From: an uncultured Rickettsiales bacterium
GTDB taxonomy: Bacteria; Pseudomonadota; Alphaproteobacteria; Rickettsiales; UBA1997
Direction of reading: 5' to 3'
NCBI GenBank assembly: GCA_944391075.1
Contig: CALXSG010000001.1
Location: forward strand, 6,381-70,380
DNA length: 64,000 nt
The translations under genes were made by a program, and so were the position numbers. Under the pieces are notes generated by a model. It was not told the DNA's origin, did no database searches, and saw only the letters and a list, made by a program, of their open reading frames with translations. Below are positions 8,013-18,214 of the stretch, piece by piece. How positions within the stretch are numbered: position 1 is the first letter of the stretch; every line of letters begins with the position of its first letter.

Positions 8013-10790
8013 ATGAAAAAATTAGTTTTAATTGATGGTTATAGTTTTTTATTTAGAGCATTTTTTGCAGTTAGAAATTTAACAAAAAGTGATGGTACTC
8101 CTGTTGGTGCATTGTATGGTTTTAGTAGAATGTTAATTAAAATTATTACAGAAATAGATTATACACACATAGCAGTTGTTTTTGATTCAGGAGAAAAAAC
8201 ATTTAGAAATGAAATATATAGTGAATATAAGGCTACAAGACCGCCATGTCCACCTGAACTTTTACCACAATTTCCATTAGTTAGAGAATTAGTCGAAGTT
8301 TTAAATATTGTTTCATTAGAAAAAGTAGGTTTTGAGGCTGATGATATAATTGCTACATATGCAAAAAAGGCTGAAAAAGAAGGTTTTGATGTTGTTATAG
8401 TTTCTTCTGATAAAGATTTAATGCAATTGGTTGATGATAAAATCTTAATGTTTGATGGACTTAAAAACGAATTTATTGATGCCGAAAAAGTTAAGGAAAA
8501 ATGGGGTGTAGAACCTAAAAAAGTTTTAGATGTATTAACTTTAATGGGTGATATTTCTGACAATGTTCCTGGTGTACAAGGAATTGGACAAAAAATAGCA
8601 TCTGAACTAGTTAATGAGTATGGTGATATTGATAATTTATTAAAAAATTTAGATAAAATAAAACAAGTTAAGAGGAGAGAAAATTTAAAAAACAGCGCTG
8701 ATAATATTATGTTGTCTAGAAAATTAATTACTCTTGATGATAATGTTGAAATAAAATATACATTAGAAGATTTAAAATTTAAACAATATGATTATAAAAA
8801 ATTCTTAGATTTTTTAACAGCGCAAGAATTCTATTCTATGGTTAGAGGCTTAAAACAAGCTTTTGCGACAGTTGAACCATCGATTGATGATAATGAAAAT
8901 ATTAAAATAGCCAATGATCTTTTTGCTTATAGCAATCAAGAAATAAAAAAAGAAATTGAAGAAAATGATAAAGATATTAAAAATATTCAAGTTAAAACTA
9001 TTGAAGAATTGCAAAATATAATAAAAAATTCACATAATGCTAATAAATTATATTTTAATATTTTCACAGAAAAAGATGAATTGTTATCGTTTTCATTTAA
9101 ATTTAATGAAGATTCTTCATATTGTGTTAAGATAGCAAATTCACAAAGTGATTTACTTGCAATTAATAAAGGAGAATTAAATTTTAAAGATATAGTGGAA
9201 AGTTTTAAAGATGTATTTGAAAATTCTTCAATTCTTAAAATTGGTTATGATGTTAAAAAACAACTTAAAATGCTATATAAATATGGCATTACAATAGAAA
9301 ATTTTGAAGATATTGATGTAATGAATTACATCTTAAATAATGGTTTATATTCTAATGCGCTTTCGTCTATTTTGAAACATAACCCAAATGAAAATCTTAA
9401 TAGCTCACAAGATAAATTAACTTTTGCGGAAAAAATTGATATATTATCAAAAATAGAAAAAGAAAATAGAACTGATAAACTAAATGAAAAAATTGAAGAA
9501 TTATCATATTTTATAATTAATAATATTCAATTTCTATATAATAAATTTAAACAAGCCCTTGAACATGATAATGAATTGAATAGTGTTTACAAAAATATTG
9601 AAAAACCTATAAGTTTAATTCTTGCAAAAATGGAAATTACAGGAATAAAAGTTGATATAAAACGATTACATGAATTATCTAATGAGTTTGAAGCATATAT
9701 TGATAATTTATCAAAAGAAATTTATGAAATGGCAGGAGAAGAATTTAATATTGCTTCACCTAAACAATTATCTAATATTTTATTTGATAAATTAAAATTA
9801 AATCCTGGTAAAAAATCATCTAAAAGCGGAAATTTTTCAACTGGTATTGAAGTATTAGAAGAATTAGCTGGACAAGGTTGCGAAATTTGCCAAAAAATAT
9901 TATTATGGAGACATTACAGTAAGCTAAAAAATACATATACTGATGTATTGCCAACAATGGTTGATAAAAATGATAGAATACATACTACATATTCAAATAC
10001 ATTTGTTGTTACGGGAAGATTAAGCTCATCTAATCCTAATTTACAAAATATTCCTATAAAAACTGATGATGGCTCTAAAATTAGATCTGCATTTATAGCA
10101 AAAGAAGGCTATAAATTAGTTTCTGCTGATTATAAACAGGCTGAACTTAGGATTGTGGCTAATTTATATAATGTTAAAAAATTAAAAGAATTCTTTTTAA
10201 GTGGTAAAGATATTCATACAACTACTGCAAGTAATGTTTTTAAAGTTGATGAAAAAGAAGTGACATCTAGTATGAGATCAATAGCAAAAGCTATTAATTT
10301 TAGTATTATTTATGGTACAAGTGCATATGGTTTAGCAAAAAGAATTAATTGTAATAACGATGATGCTAAAAAATATTTAAAAAATTATTTTGAAACATAC
10401 CCAGAAATTAAAAATTATATTGAATATATGAAGGACTATGTTAAAAAAAATAATTATGTTAAAACTATGTTTGGCAGAAAAATTAATATAGATATTGCTT
10501 CTGCAAGACCAATAATGAGAGGAAACTTAGAAAGATTAGCTATTAATGCTCCTATTCAAGGAACAGCAGCTGATATTATTAAGAAAGCAATGATTGATTT
10601 AGATAATAAATTAAAAAATTATAGATCTAAAATGATTTTACAAATACATGATGAATTGGTTTTAGAATGTCCTGATGATGAAGTTGAAGAAGTTTCAAAA
10701 ATATTGAAAGAATCTATGGAAAATGTAATTGATTGGGAAGTAAAAATGGAAGTTGATGTTGAAAGTGGTAATAACTTAGAAGAAGTATAA
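8013..10790 (+). CDS. polA: DNA polymerase I
   Basis: 925 aa. 5'-nuclease N-terminus (LIDGYSFLFRAFFA, SSDKDLMQL). Polymerase motifs DYKQAELRI, RSIAKAINFSIIYG and LQIHDELVLE. Confidence 0.95.
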   Translation: MKKLVLIDGYSFLFRAFFAVRNLTKSDGTPVGALYGFSRMLIKIITEIDYTHIAVVFDSGEKTFRNEIYSEYKATRPPCPPELLPQFPLVRELVEVLNIVSLEKVGFEADDIIATYAKKAEKEGFDVVIVSSDKDLMQLVDDKILMFDGLKNEFIDAEKVKEKWGVEPKKVLDVLTLMGDISDNVPGVQGIGQKIASELVNEYGDIDNLLKNLDKIKQVKRRENLKNSADNIMLSRKLITLDDNVEIKYTLEDLKFKQYDYKKFLDFLTAQEFYSMVRGLKQAFATVEPSIDDNENIKIANDLFAYSNQEIKKEIEENDKDIKNIQVKTIEELQNIIKNSHNANKLYFNIFTEKDELLSFSFKFNEDSSYCVKIANSQSDLLAINKGELNFKDIVESFKDVFENSSILKIGYDVKKQLKMLYKYGITIENFEDIDVMNYILNNGLYSNALSSILKHNPNENLNSSQDKLTFAEKIDILSKIEKENRTDKLNEKIEELSYFIINNIQFLYNKFKQALEHDNELNSVYKNIEKPISLILAKMEITGIKVDIKRLHELSNEFEAYIDNLSKEIYEMAGEEFNIASPKQLSNILFDKLKLNPGKKSSKSGNFSTGIEVLEELAGQGCEICQKILLWRHYSKLKNTYTDVLPTMVDKNDRIHTTYSNTFVVTGRLSSSNPNLQNIPIKTDDGSKIRSAFIAKEGYKLVSADYKQAELRIVANLYNVKKLKEFFLSGKDIHTTTASNVFKVDEKEVTSSMRSIAKAINFSIIYGTSAYGLAKRINCNNDDAKKYLKNYFETYPEIKNYIEYMKDYVKKNNYVKTMFGRKINIDIASARPIMRGNLERLAINAPIQGTAADIIKKAMIDLDNKLKNYRSKMILQIHDELVLECPDDEVEEVSKILKESMENVIDWEVKMEVDVESGNNLEEV

Positions 10791-10792
10791 AT

Positions 10793-11614
10793 ATGTTATA
10801 TGAACTCCGTGATTATTTATTTTTAAGAAAAATTATAAAGAAATTTAAAAAACCTTTAAGGAAGGTTTATTCAAGAAAAATTACAAAATATAATTTAAGA
10901 ATGGTTAAACTTATATATGCTAATTTAGCTAAAAGATATGGGGTTTCTGTTAGACAATTATATAATTATTTACCTTTAAAAGTTGAAATAGACAAAGATA
11001 TGGAAATGGCTTATGGCTTGTGTGAAGCTAGAATGGAAAAAGTAAAAAAATTATTTCATAAACCAGTTAAAATTTATCAATCAACCATATATTTAAATGG
11101 TAAAGACTTAACTACTACAACATTTATACATGAGTTTGGTCATTATGTTAGATATTTAATTGCTTATATTGCAATGTTTGCAAAAAATAAAAGAGCTTTT
11201 AAAGATTTTTTGAAAGTTGTTGATATAGTTAGAAGTAGAAGTGATGCTTATACAAAAAGATACGATCACTTTTTTACAAGAGGAACATTTACAGAAGAGG
11301 AAGAAGAAAATTTTGCTAGAAGTTGGGAACAATATTTAAGAGATGGTATTGCACCAATAAAAAAATATCAAAAATTATTTAATGATTTTAGAAAATACAT
11401 TTTTGATGATATGTATAAAAGAAATGAAAATAGAAAATATGAATATTATGAAGACTTGCGCGTTAGAATTACACCGGAAAGAAAAAAGTTTTTTGATGAG
11501 TTAATTGTTGGAAAAAGAGTAAAAAAAGAACCATTAATTCTTAGAATTTTAGAAATTTATTTATATTTACTCATTTTCTTTGCTATTTATAAATTAATTA
11601 TCGTTTACTTTTAA
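10793..11614 (+). CDS. Hypothetical HExxH (zincin-like) protein with a C-terminal TM anchor
   Basis: 273-aa ORF starting 2 nt after the polA stop. Contains TTFIHEFGHYVRY (HExxH), EENFARSWEQYLRDGIAPIKKYQKLFNDFRKYIF and the C-terminal hydrophobic LILRILEIYLYLLIFFAIYKLIIVYF. Confidence 0.6.
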   Translation: MLYELRDYLFLRKIIKKFKKPLRKVYSRKITKYNLRMVKLIYANLAKRYGVSVRQLYNYLPLKVEIDKDMEMAYGLCEARMEKVKKLFHKPVKIYQSTIYLNGKDLTTTTFIHEFGHYVRYLIAYIAMFAKNKRAFKDFLKVVDIVRSRSDAYTKRYDHFFTRGTFTEEEEENFARSWEQYLRDGIAPIKKYQKLFNDFRKYIFDDMYKRNENRKYEYYEDLRVRITPERKKFFDELIVGKRVKKEPLILRILEIYLYLLIFFAIYKLIIVYF

Positions 11615-11658
11615 AATTTTTGTTTTATTATTCATTTATCTAATAACAATGGTTAAAG

Positions 11659-12159
11659 ATGTCCAAGAAGATAGTTGTTGCAAAAATTTTGACTTCTCAT
11701 GGGGTAAAAGGTTTTGTTAAGCTAGAAAGCTATATGGAAAAACCTAAGGATATTTTTAATTATTGTAATGATTTGTTTGATAAAAATAACAAACAATTTA
11801 AAATAAAATTTATAGGAACATTAAAACCTAATATTTTTATTACACAAGTTGAAGGTATAAATTCACCAGAAGCTGCAAAAAGTTGGAGGAATACAGAATT
11901 ATATTTAGATATTAATCTACTCCCGGAAATTGATGATGAATTCTATTGTGAGGCTTTAATAGGGCTTGATGTAAAAAGTATTGATAATAAATATTATGGC
12001 AAAATTATTGCTATTGATGACTATGGAGCGGGGACAGTCGTCGAAATAAAGTGGCAAAATGAAAAAATGCCAGAAGTATTACCTTTTATTGAGGAATATT
12101 TTAAAGAAATAAACATTGAAAAAGGCTATATTATTGTTGAAAGGCCAGAATATATTTAA
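11659..12159 (+). CDS. rimM: 16S rRNA processing protein RimM
   Basis: VVAKILTSHGVKGFVKLESY N-terminal RimM signature, a PRC-barrel-like C-terminus, and 166 aa in length. Confidence 0.85.
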   Translation: MSKKIVVAKILTSHGVKGFVKLESYMEKPKDIFNYCNDLFDKNNKQFKIKFIGTLKPNIFITQVEGINSPEAAKSWRNTELYLDINLLPEIDDEFYCEALIGLDVKSIDNKYYGKIIAIDDYGAGTVVEIKWQNEKMPEVLPFIEEYFKEINIEKGYIIVERPEYI

Positions 12160-12170
12160 CAGGGGTAAAG

Positions 12171-13550
12171 ATGTCAGAAATGGAAAATAATAATTATGGA
12201 ATCACCAAGAGTTTGGTTGAGAGGTTTAAAAATGCTATTGATATGAATTTAAAAACACAAATTAAAAAGGTGTTTACAAGTTTGCATCCTGCTGATCAAG
12301 CTGAATTATTATGCAATTTAACAAAAGATGAAAGAAAAAAAATAATAGAAATATTAAAAAATAATGTCGATCCTGAATTATTAGTTGAATTAAATAGGGA
12401 CATTAGACTTGAAATTGCAAGTTATTTAAGTAAAAATACTCTTGCCAATTTAGTGTCAAACCTTGATACAGATGATGCTGTTGATATTTTAGAAGATTTT
12501 AAAGACGAATTAACACAAGACACAATTGATTCTATTAAATCAAGTGAGAAAAGAGAAGATATTGAAGAGGCCTTATCTTATCCAGAAGATAGTGTTGGAA
12601 GAATTATGGACCAGGACAAGTTTGTTGCTATTCCAAAAGATTGGGAAATTGTTGAAGTTATTAAGTATCTTAGAAAAAATAAAAATGTACCGCAAGAATT
12701 TTCAAATATTGTGGTAGTTGATGAATATTTTAGACCAGTATCTACCGCATCTATTGGTAGTGTTTTAAAAGCTGACAGTAAAACTCTTGTTTCTGATGTT
12801 ATGAGAGATCCAGAAGATTTAAAAATTATAAATGCTGATATGGATCAGTCAGAAGCTGCAAACCTATTTATTAAATATGACTTAAAATATATTCCTGTTG
12901 TTAATCATACAGGAGTTTTAGTTGGTGTTCTTAATTCTAACGATATTATGCACGTTATTAATGAAGAAACAAGAGAAGATATGATGTTAATGGCTAAGGT
13001 TAACGCTGATGATACAATACATGCAAATGTACTTGATTCTGTTAAAAGAAGATTACCTTGGCTTGTTGGTACAATTTTAACAGCTAGCGCTAGTACATTA
13101 GTTATTAATCATTTTTCAGGAACTATTCAGCAATTTGTTATTTTATCAGCTATTATGCCATTAATTGCTAATCTTTCTGGTGTTTCTGGTACTCAAACAT
13201 TAACTATTTTAGTTAGAAATATAGCAAATAATGAAACCACAAAAACAGGTGTCTTTAAGGTAATTGCAAAAGAAACTTTTGTTGGTTTTATTGATGGTGT
13301 TTTATTATCTTTAATAGCATCATTAGCATTGTATTTGTGGAAAGGTGATTTAAGACTTACTATTATATTTGCAAGTACAATTATTGCTCTGCAAACTATG
13401 TCATGTTTTATAGGAAGTGTTGTTCCATTGATTATTAATAAAATGAAGTTAGATCCAGCAGTTGGTTCAGGAACATTTATTACAGCCACTCTTGATATGT
13501 TATCTTCATTATTATTATTAGGTATGGCTACAACATTTTTAGTCGAATGA
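12171..13550 (+). CDS. mgtE: Magnesium transporter MgtE
   Basis: MgtE-N region (LHPADQAELL), two CBS-like segments, and a C-terminal 5-TM domain containing GVSGTQTLTILVRN and DPAVGSGTFITATLDM. Confidence 0.92.
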   Translation: MSEMENNNYGITKSLVERFKNAIDMNLKTQIKKVFTSLHPADQAELLCNLTKDERKKIIEILKNNVDPELLVELNRDIRLEIASYLSKNTLANLVSNLDTDDAVDILEDFKDELTQDTIDSIKSSEKREDIEEALSYPEDSVGRIMDQDKFVAIPKDWEIVEVIKYLRKNKNVPQEFSNIVVVDEYFRPVSTASIGSVLKADSKTLVSDVMRDPEDLKIINADMDQSEAANLFIKYDLKYIPVVNHTGVLVGVLNSNDIMHVINEETREDMMLMAKVNADDTIHANVLDSVKRRLPWLVGTILTASASTLVINHFSGTIQQFVILSAIMPLIANLSGVSGTQTLTILVRNIANNETTKTGVFKVIAKETFVGFIDGVLLSLIASLALYLWKGDLRLTIIFASTIIALQTMSCFIGSVVPLIINKMKLDPAVGSGTFITATLDMLSSLLLLGMATTFLVE

Positions 13551-13552
13551 CA

Positions 13553-14092
13553 TTACTTGTTATTTTTTTCTTCTTTATCTATAATATTTTCACAATTGAC
13601 AATTTTGACATCATACATAGGGTGTTCAAGTGTTGATATGCTAGGTGATGATGAAAACATCCAACCATAAAAAATTTCTTCTTGACCTTTATTAATTTTA
13701 TTTTCAACTACTTTTAATAATACTTTATTTTCAGGAATTTCAGAAGGCGAAGATTTCCAACAATACAATGGGGTAATCATTAACCTTTCAAAATTTTGTG
13801 AATCATTAATTTTAATTTTATATTCATAGCTCTTTCCTGTAATTTTATTCAAAGCTTGAATTGTTACTGTATTAGCCTTGTTTATCTCTTTTGTATCTTT
13901 AATTTTTACTTCATCTATTATTTCATTAACTTTATCTTCAATAGCTTTGCTGTCGCTTTGTGTTATATTACTACTATCTTCTGCATCAACAATATCAATA
14001 TGTTGCTCACTTGTATTATTTTCAGCATATGCAATGCCACAACACAACACTATAAAACTCAATAATATTATTTTTTTGTTAATTATTCTCAT
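13553..14092 (-). CDS. DUF2155-like periplasmic protein with a signal peptide
   Basis: Signal-like MRIINKKIILLSFIVLCCGIAYA. VTIQALNKITGKSYEYKIKINDSQNFERLMITPLYCWKSSPSEIPENKVLLKV matches my recollection of the alphaproteobacterial DUF2155 block (LDKvTGr...FG.L.i....C..rpP.e.pe..afl.v). It is adjacent to mlaD, as is usual. Confidence 0.65.
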   Translation of the reverse strand: MRIINKKIILLSFIVLCCGIAYAENNTSEQHIDIVDAEDSSNITQSDSKAIEDKVNEIIDEVKIKDTKEINKANTVTIQALNKITGKSYEYKIKINDSQNFERLMITPLYCWKSSPSEIPENKVLLKVVENKINKGQEEIFYGWMFSSSPSISTLEHPMYDVKIVNCENIIDKEEKNNK

Positions 14093-14549
14093 TTTTCTTT
14101 TCCGTATTAAAAATAAATCTTGAAATTAAATCTTCTAAATCCATTGAAGATTCAGTAAAATCAGCTTTGTCTCCATTTTTAAAATATTCTTCTTCGGCAC
14201 CAATTTTAACATTTATGAATTTACTACCAATTAAACCACTAGTTGATATTTTAAAAATACTATCTAATGGAATATTAATATTCTTAGGCATTTTAAGCGT
14301 TAACTCTGCTTTGTAATTATCATTTAATTTTATATTAGAAACTGAACCAACTTTAACGCCAGCAATCTTAATATCACTTCCAATATTAATACCATCAATA
14401 TTATCAAAAATTGCAACTATATCATAACCACCAGCAACATTTTGTTTATTATTGGTAATTTTTGATGCAAATGATAAGAATAATATTGCTATTATAATAA
14501 CTAATGTACCTATTAATGTTTCGAACTTATTATTTTTCATCAGTTTCAC
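14079..14549 (-). CDS. mlaD: Outer-membrane lipid asymmetry maintenance protein MlaD (MCE domain)
   Basis: N-terminal TM (TLIGTLVIIIAILFL) followed by YDIVAIFDNIDGINIGSDIKIAGVKVGSVSNIKL, a typical MCE domain. Confidence 0.85.
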   Translation of the reverse strand: MKLMKNNKFETLIGTLVIIIAILFLSFASKITNNKQNVAGGYDIVAIFDNIDGINIGSDIKIAGVKVGSVSNIKLNDNYKAELTLKMPKNINIPLDSIFKISTSGLIGSKFINVKIGAEEEYFKNGDKADFTESSMDLEDLISRFIFNTEKKNENN

Positions 14550-14566
14550 TATTTGTTTTATTACTT

Positions 14567-15628
14567 TTAAGATTTTAAATCATATTCTTTAATTTTTCCA
14601 CTTTTATTTTTAGTTATTGATTCAGTTTTTACTTGTGTCTTTTTCATTGGTTTTGTTGATGTTGATACTGCACTATTTACATTATTATTTGCTTTTTTAG
14701 TTAAAGTATACATTTTTGTGCTTGTTTTTGTATCTGTATTTGATATATCTTTATTTTTTATTACCATTTTTTTATTTTGTTGTGCAGGTGTTATTGCTTG
14801 CTGTTTAAATATAAATTCTTTTTTCTGTACTACTTTTTTAGTAGTTGATGTTTGAGTTTTATTTTGTTTTTTTGTTCCGGTAAATATATATTTATTTTGA
14901 GTATTTTTTGTGTTTGTTTTAATATTTAATATTTTTTTGCTATCTTCTATATTCTGCTTAGTATTAAGTTCTGCTATATAATTTTTGCTTTTATCATTAT
15001 TAATAAATAATGTACTTTCATCCACACCTGTATATGAAGATTTAATTTGAGTTGTAGCTATTTTATGATTATTTAAATTTAATACTACCATAGCCGGAGT
15101 TGAATTTTTAGGCAAGTCTAATTCTTCAACATCTAATGCATAAACTGTTATTGTGTAATCATATTTATTATTTAAAGGGGGACAAACACCACCATATTGA
15201 TTTTCACCATAATCATTCATGCCTTGTACAGCGCCCTTTGGTAATAAAGATTTGTTATTACTAGCACCTGCTAACAAAAAATTAATATTATTAGGGATAT
15301 TATATATAATCCAATGCCACCAACCACTACCACTATTAGCATCTTTTGTATACATAGTTATAGCAAAACTCTTTGTATTTTTTGGTTCATTTTTCCAAGT
15401 AATTTGAGGTGATATATTATTTCCACGACAACCATATTTATTGTAAACTTGATTATTTCTAATTTCTCTACCTTCATATATATCAGGGCTATAAGCTAAG
15501 AATTTTTGATTTTTAATATTACCTGTTCTTTTAATGAAAGCTTTATCAATCTCAGTTTTTGCCTCTAAGTTAATAGAAAATAGTAAAAAAAATATTATAA
15601 ATAATAATCTTGTCATAAAATTAAACAT
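14567..15628 (-). CDS. YbhB/YbcL-family PEBP (phosphatidylethanolamine-binding-like) periplasmic protein with a long K/T/N/Q-rich C-terminal tail
   Basis: Signal peptide. NISPQITWKNEPKNTKSFAITMYTKDANSGSGWWHWIIYNIP ... YGGVCPPLNNKYDYTITVYALD is the PEBP core. About 150 C-terminal residues are low-complexity. Confidence 0.8.
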   Translation of the reverse strand: MFNFMTRLLFIIFFLLFSINLEAKTEIDKAFIKRTGNIKNQKFLAYSPDIYEGREIRNNQVYNKYGCRGNNISPQITWKNEPKNTKSFAITMYTKDANSGSGWWHWIIYNIPNNINFLLAGASNNKSLLPKGAVQGMNDYGENQYGGVCPPLNNKYDYTITVYALDVEELDLPKNSTPAMVVLNLNNHKIATTQIKSSYTGVDESTLFINNDKSKNYIAELNTKQNIEDSKKILNIKTNTKNTQNKYIFTGTKKQNKTQTSTTKKVVQKKEFIFKQQAITPAQQNKKMVIKNKDISNTDTKTSTKMYTLTKKANNNVNSAVSTSTKPMKKTQVKTESITKNKSGKIKEYDLKS

Positions 15629-15682
15629 TTTGTCTAGAATTATGCTAAAATATAAAGTTTTTTTGTCAATAAATATTTAAAA

Positions 15683-15758
15683 TGGTGTCCTCAGCGGGAA
15701 TTGAACCCACATCTATCGCTTAGGAGGCGATTGCTCTATCCATTTGAGCTATGAGGAC
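15683..15758 (-). tRNA. tRNA-Arg (anticodon CCU)
   Basis: Hand-folded cloverleaf: acceptor gtcctca/tgaggac, D arm gctc-aaatggata-gagc, anticodon arm atcgc-ctCCTaa-gcgat, T arm gtggg-ttcaatt-cccgc, discriminator A, encoded CCA. Confidence 0.9.
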
Positions 15759-15763
15759 ATTAA

Positions 15764-17212
15764 TTAATCCAAACTATTCAATAGTTCCTCATTAATAACT
15801 ACTTTATTACTATTTAATAAATAATTTTCAAATAAATACAACATAGAACCGTCATACGATGTTGTAATAGAATTTGATATTGCCGAAAATGGAATAAATT
15901 TACCAGTATCATTTTCGGAAATATTTTTGATTTCTTTTAAATAGCCAATTGTATATACTTTATTAGTACTATCGTAAATTGGTTCTGTGAAGGTATTTAT
16001 TTCTTTCAAATTAAATAAATCACTAACAAAATCCATAGGATAATATAAATTATGCCTATAAATCATTTGATCTGCATGCAATGTCAAACCATTATTATTT
16101 GCCACTTTCTTAATATCTTTTGACTGTTGCATCTCGTCAATATATTGATTTAAAACTTTTAATGCATTTTTTTCTTTTTCTTGTTCTAATATTGAATTAA
16201 TAATTTTATCCTTTGATTCTTTTAGTGTTAAGAATTTAGAGTTGATAACCTCTTCAACATAATATACTTTATATTTGCTATCATCTTTGTAAATTAGATC
16301 AGAGAATGTTCCAGCTGTATATTCTAAAACTTCACTACTTAAATCTTCGGGAAGATTTGTTGTTGTTTGTGTATAAATAATTGTTTCTTTTTTAGTATTA
16401 AATTCTTTTGCAATTTCATCAATATTATTTGCAGATAATACTAAATCTTCTAATTGTGATAATTTATTTTTTGCCATATCACTATTATAATCACTTAAAT
16501 CTACTTCGATATAAGAAATCACCTTTTGCTCTGGAACAAAAAATTCAACTTTGTTTTTTTCATAATATTCTTTAATTTCTTCCTCTGTTGGTTTTGTTTC
16601 TTTAAATTTTATCTTATTAGGAACTATAGTAAAAATATCAACCACTAAATACTTATTTAAATTTTTTGAAAATAATTCATTAATATATGAATTATTAATA
16701 TTACCAACACTTAGCATATTAAATAAAGCATTTTTGCTATTATATGAAGATAAATATTTTACATACTCAGCCTCTGTTAAACCACTCATAGCTAACTTGC
16801 TTTTAAATAAAGCTAAACTAAAATTTCCGTTTTCGTCTTTAAATGATGGCTCATTATAAATATCATTCATAACCGCTTCATTTGTTTCATTTAGATTTAA
16901 TTTTTCAATCTCTAAATTAACTAAATTCTCTAATATAAATGTCTTTAAAGTGTTAACTTTAAAAGTATTTGAATTTAAATAATCTATTTGTGCGGTATTT
17001 AAATCAGAATTGTATAATTGAGATCTTGTATTATTTAAAAAAGTAACAAAAGCATTAACATTAATATTTGTTTTGTTAATTTTTACAATATTAGCTTGGT
17101 TCATAGTACCTGAAAAACCAATAATACCAGCTAATGCAAAACTAAAAGCTAAAAGTGCAAGTAAGCCTTTAACAAATAAATTTTTATATTTATCATTCAT
17201 AACAAAAATCAT
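15764..17212 (-). CDS. PpiD/SurA-N-like periplasmic folding chaperone, membrane-anchored
   Basis: N-terminal anchor KGLLALLAFSFALAGIIGF and an elongated helical domain. I saw no clear parvulin motif, so the call rests on topology, length and general resemblance. Confidence 0.5.
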   Translation of the reverse strand: MIFVMNDKYKNLFVKGLLALLAFSFALAGIIGFSGTMNQANIVKINKTNINVNAFVTFLNNTRSQLYNSDLNTAQIDYLNSNTFKVNTLKTFILENLVNLEIEKLNLNETNEAVMNDIYNEPSFKDENGNFSLALFKSKLAMSGLTEAEYVKYLSSYNSKNALFNMLSVGNINNSYINELFSKNLNKYLVVDIFTIVPNKIKFKETKPTEEEIKEYYEKNKVEFFVPEQKVISYIEVDLSDYNSDMAKNKLSQLEDLVLSANNIDEIAKEFNTKKETIIYTQTTTNLPEDLSSEVLEYTAGTFSDLIYKDDSKYKVYYVEEVINSKFLTLKESKDKIINSILEQEKEKNALKVLNQYIDEMQQSKDIKKVANNNGLTLHADQMIYRHNLYYPMDFVSDLFNLKEINTFTEPIYDSTNKVYTIGYLKEIKNISENDTGKFIPFSAISNSITTSYDGSMLYLFENYLLNSNKVVINEELLNSLD

Positions 17213-17322
17213 ACTTATTCTAGAAAGATAATACTTTTAAAAAAATTATTTGCAATATTTTTTATGTTGAAAAATTAATTTTTGTTGATTATCATTGTGT
17301 TTATAATGTTTTTATAGTAAAT

Positions 17323-18213
17323 ATGGAAGAAAATAATAATAAACAAAAATTTTTAACTGTGGCATTAGCTGGTGCTCCTAATGCTGGTAAATCTACTTTA
17401 ACTAATTATCTTGTTGGTGAAAAAGTATCTATTATATCTCCAAAAGTTCAAACAACAAGAGATTTAATTAGAGGTATTTTTGTGGAAGGAAATACTCAAA
17501 TAGTTTTACTTGATACACCCGGTGTTTTTATACCTCAAAAAGCTAGATTATTAGAAAGAAAAATTGTAAAAACAGCATGGAGTGGAATTAGAGATGCTGA
17601 TTTAACCTGTTTATTAATTGATTCTACTGAAAAATTTAATACAAAAAACAAAATTATAATAGATGAATTTAAGAAAAAAGATATTAATAATATATTAGTT
17701 CTAAATAAAATTGATTTAGTTAAAAAAACAAAATTATTAGAATTAACAAAACAAATTACCGACTATTATCCTGATTTCAAAGAAGTTTTTATGATTTCAG
17801 CTGAAACTGGTGAAGGAGTTGATAAACTTAAAGATTATTTATTAAAACAAGCAAAAGAAGAAGAATGGTTATTTAAAGATGACGAATTAACTGATGCTCC
17901 TTTAAAATTTTTAGCTTCCGAAATTACAAGAGAAAAATTATTTTTAAAACTAAATCAAGAATTACCTTATTCTGTTGACGTTGAAACAGAAAATTGGCAA
18001 GAATTTGATAATGGTGACATAAAAATTCAACAAGTTATTTATGTTTTAAAGGAAAATCAAAAATCTATTATTTTAGGAAAAAGAGGAAAACTTATTAAAG
18101 AAATTGGTACAGAAGCTAGAGAAGAATTACAAAAATTTTTAAATAGAAAAGTACATTTATTCTTATTTGTAAAATTGAAAGAGAATTGGATTCAAGAAAA
18201 ATTTAGGGAATAA
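17323..18213 (+). CDS. era: GTPase Era
   Basis: G1 GAPNAGKST, G3 DTPG, G4 NKID, and a C-terminal KH domain (ILGKRGKLIKEIG). Confidence 0.93.
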   Translation: MEENNNKQKFLTVALAGAPNAGKSTLTNYLVGEKVSIISPKVQTTRDLIRGIFVEGNTQIVLLDTPGVFIPQKARLLERKIVKTAWSGIRDADLTCLLIDSTEKFNTKNKIIIDEFKKKDINNILVLNKIDLVKKTKLLELTKQITDYYPDFKEVFMISAETGEGVDKLKDYLLKQAKEEEWLFKDDELTDAPLKFLASEITREKLFLKLNQELPYSVDVETENWQEFDNGDIKIQQVIYVLKENQKSIILGKRGKLIKEIGTEAREELQKFLNRKVHLFLFVKLKENWIQEKFRE

Positions 18214-18214
18214 A

